DNA of 50,054 nt, counting the filler, from Streblomastix strix (taxonomy: Eukaryota): NCBI GenBank assembly GCA_008636045.1. It is 3 parts of 3 records of this genome, joined end to end, with 100 filler letters (N's around TTAATTAATTAA, not from the genome) between each part and the next. Parts side by side here need not be neighbours in the genome. Positions count along the whole stretch, not along the records: positions 33,441 to 50,054 come from SNRW01000786.1; 2 more parts are not named here. The stretch is one strand, 5' to 3'. The notes under the pieces are model-generated. The model made no database searches. It saw only the letters and a program-made list of their open reading frames with translations, and was not told where the DNA came from. Below, in pieces: positions 48,993 through 50,054 of the stretch; position 1 is the stretch's first letter, and each line of letters starts with the position of its first letter. A program made the position numbers and the translations under genes.

Positions 48993-50054
48993 ATGCCACG
49001 CTACGTGCTGAATTCTGAACGCAGAAATCGTAAGAGTCCTCTGTATAACAAATAAAACTATGAAGAATCAAAGAATCAACCATATAAAGGGATTAAACTT
49101 AACTTTGAGTTCCTTATTGGCTACTTATGGGAAGCACTAGTTTTGGATATCCCTAATGCATTTTCATGCATTATTGTTGCTATACAACTTCTATTCTTGT
49201 TTGTTGACTATTTTTTTAGAATAATATTAATATTATCTGCTTTGCAAAGGATCTTCTGGTTACCTGACCAACCGCCAATCCTTGATTTTTTGATAGTGTT
49301 TGTTATTGGAGTGATAGGATTTCTAATGATTGTGATGACAAATTTGGTTCATGCCACTAATAATCAGTATATCATATTTTGTTTCACTTTCTTATTGATA
49401 ATCATACCTTTTCAGAATTGAAAATGGAAATACTTATGCAAGAGAAGATATTAAATCATTCAATTAATTTGTGAAAAAATCATTTCATTTCTTATCGAAC
49501 AAAGTCAAAAAATCTTCAGTTTTTGCATTTGTCTTATTGGTCTTAGTCATATTACTATTAATTCTCATATTTTGTTATCGTGGAGTAAGTTCTTATATTA
49601 TTGGTTTGAAACCATTCATTCTAAACAATATTTACTTGTATTCTTTTATTTCAGTGACAATTCTTATTTTCCTTCCTCCAACTAGAAAATCAACAGATAA
49701 GAAAGTTAATTTTACACTTTACAACATTTTCATATTATTTAATATTTTTCTAACAATCTTTTTTTAGGAAGATGAGGAGGAGGAAGAATAATAAGAAGAA
49801 GAAAAAGAGAATGAGAAAAAAGAAGATGAATAACGTATTGAAGAAGAAAGAAAACAATAAGAAGAATAAATAATTAAAGAAAGAGAATTAGAAGAATATA
49901 TAAAAAAAGAAATGGATGAGAAGTAACGAAGAGAGGATAAATAGAAATATAAAGAAGAAGAAGAAAGAAAAAGACTTGCAGAAGAATAAGAATTAATAGT
50001 AATATGACTAAGATTAATAAGACAAATGCAAAAACTGAAGATTTTTTGACTTTG
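48993..50054 (+). CDS. Host multi-pass membrane protein with acidic coiled-coil tail, 3' partial
   Basis: MPRYVLNSERRNR... is in frame with track ORF 49143 and has several hydrophobic segments. Probable introns ~49367-49416 and ~49705-49767, followed by an E/Q/K-rich exon. Confidence 0.7.

Noticed and set aside
226..49767. Most ORFs in the supplied track (e.g. 226-420, 819-1136, 5733-6065, 42643-42873, 47092-47445)
   Set aside because: They were computed with TAA/TAG as stops. They are antisense or off-frame shadows, or fragments of longer table-6 genes.
1..50054. tRNA/rRNA genes
   Set aside because: No cloverleaf or rRNA-like segment was recognised by eye.

Overview
AT-rich eukaryotic (protist) DNA made of three unrelated contigs joined by artificial 100-nt linkers (N44-TTAATTAATTAA-N44 at 16626-16725 and 33341-33440). 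The supplied ORF track is largely misleading because the organism reads TAA/TAG as Gln and uses only TGA as stop (translation table 6). That code, short AT-rich GT-AG introns and abundant transposons suggest an oxymonad such as Streblomastix (inference). Contig 1 (1-16625) is an endogenous Maverick/Polinton-like DNA virus. It has an AGTAGT left terminus folded into a ~240-bp palindrome and a ~1510-aa protein-primed DNA polymerase B with an inserted HNH-like domain. It also encodes an A32/FtsK-type packaging ATPase, a KilA-N protein, probable major and minor capsid proteins, a 753-aa phage-type tail-fibre protein, a 68-aa amphipathic peptide and about 8 orphan genes. Contig 2 (16726-33340) holds two degenerate DIRS-like tyrosine-recombinase retrotransposons that share an unusual A'-rc(A)...A 3' terminal architecture. 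It also carries a 6-exon CK1/TTBK-like pseudokinase gene and a partial coiled-coil gene. Contig 3 (33441-50054) holds a ~4100-codon AT-hook/DDT-domain gene with two in-frame TGAs and a partial membrane-protein gene. All translations were done by eye; no database searches were run.
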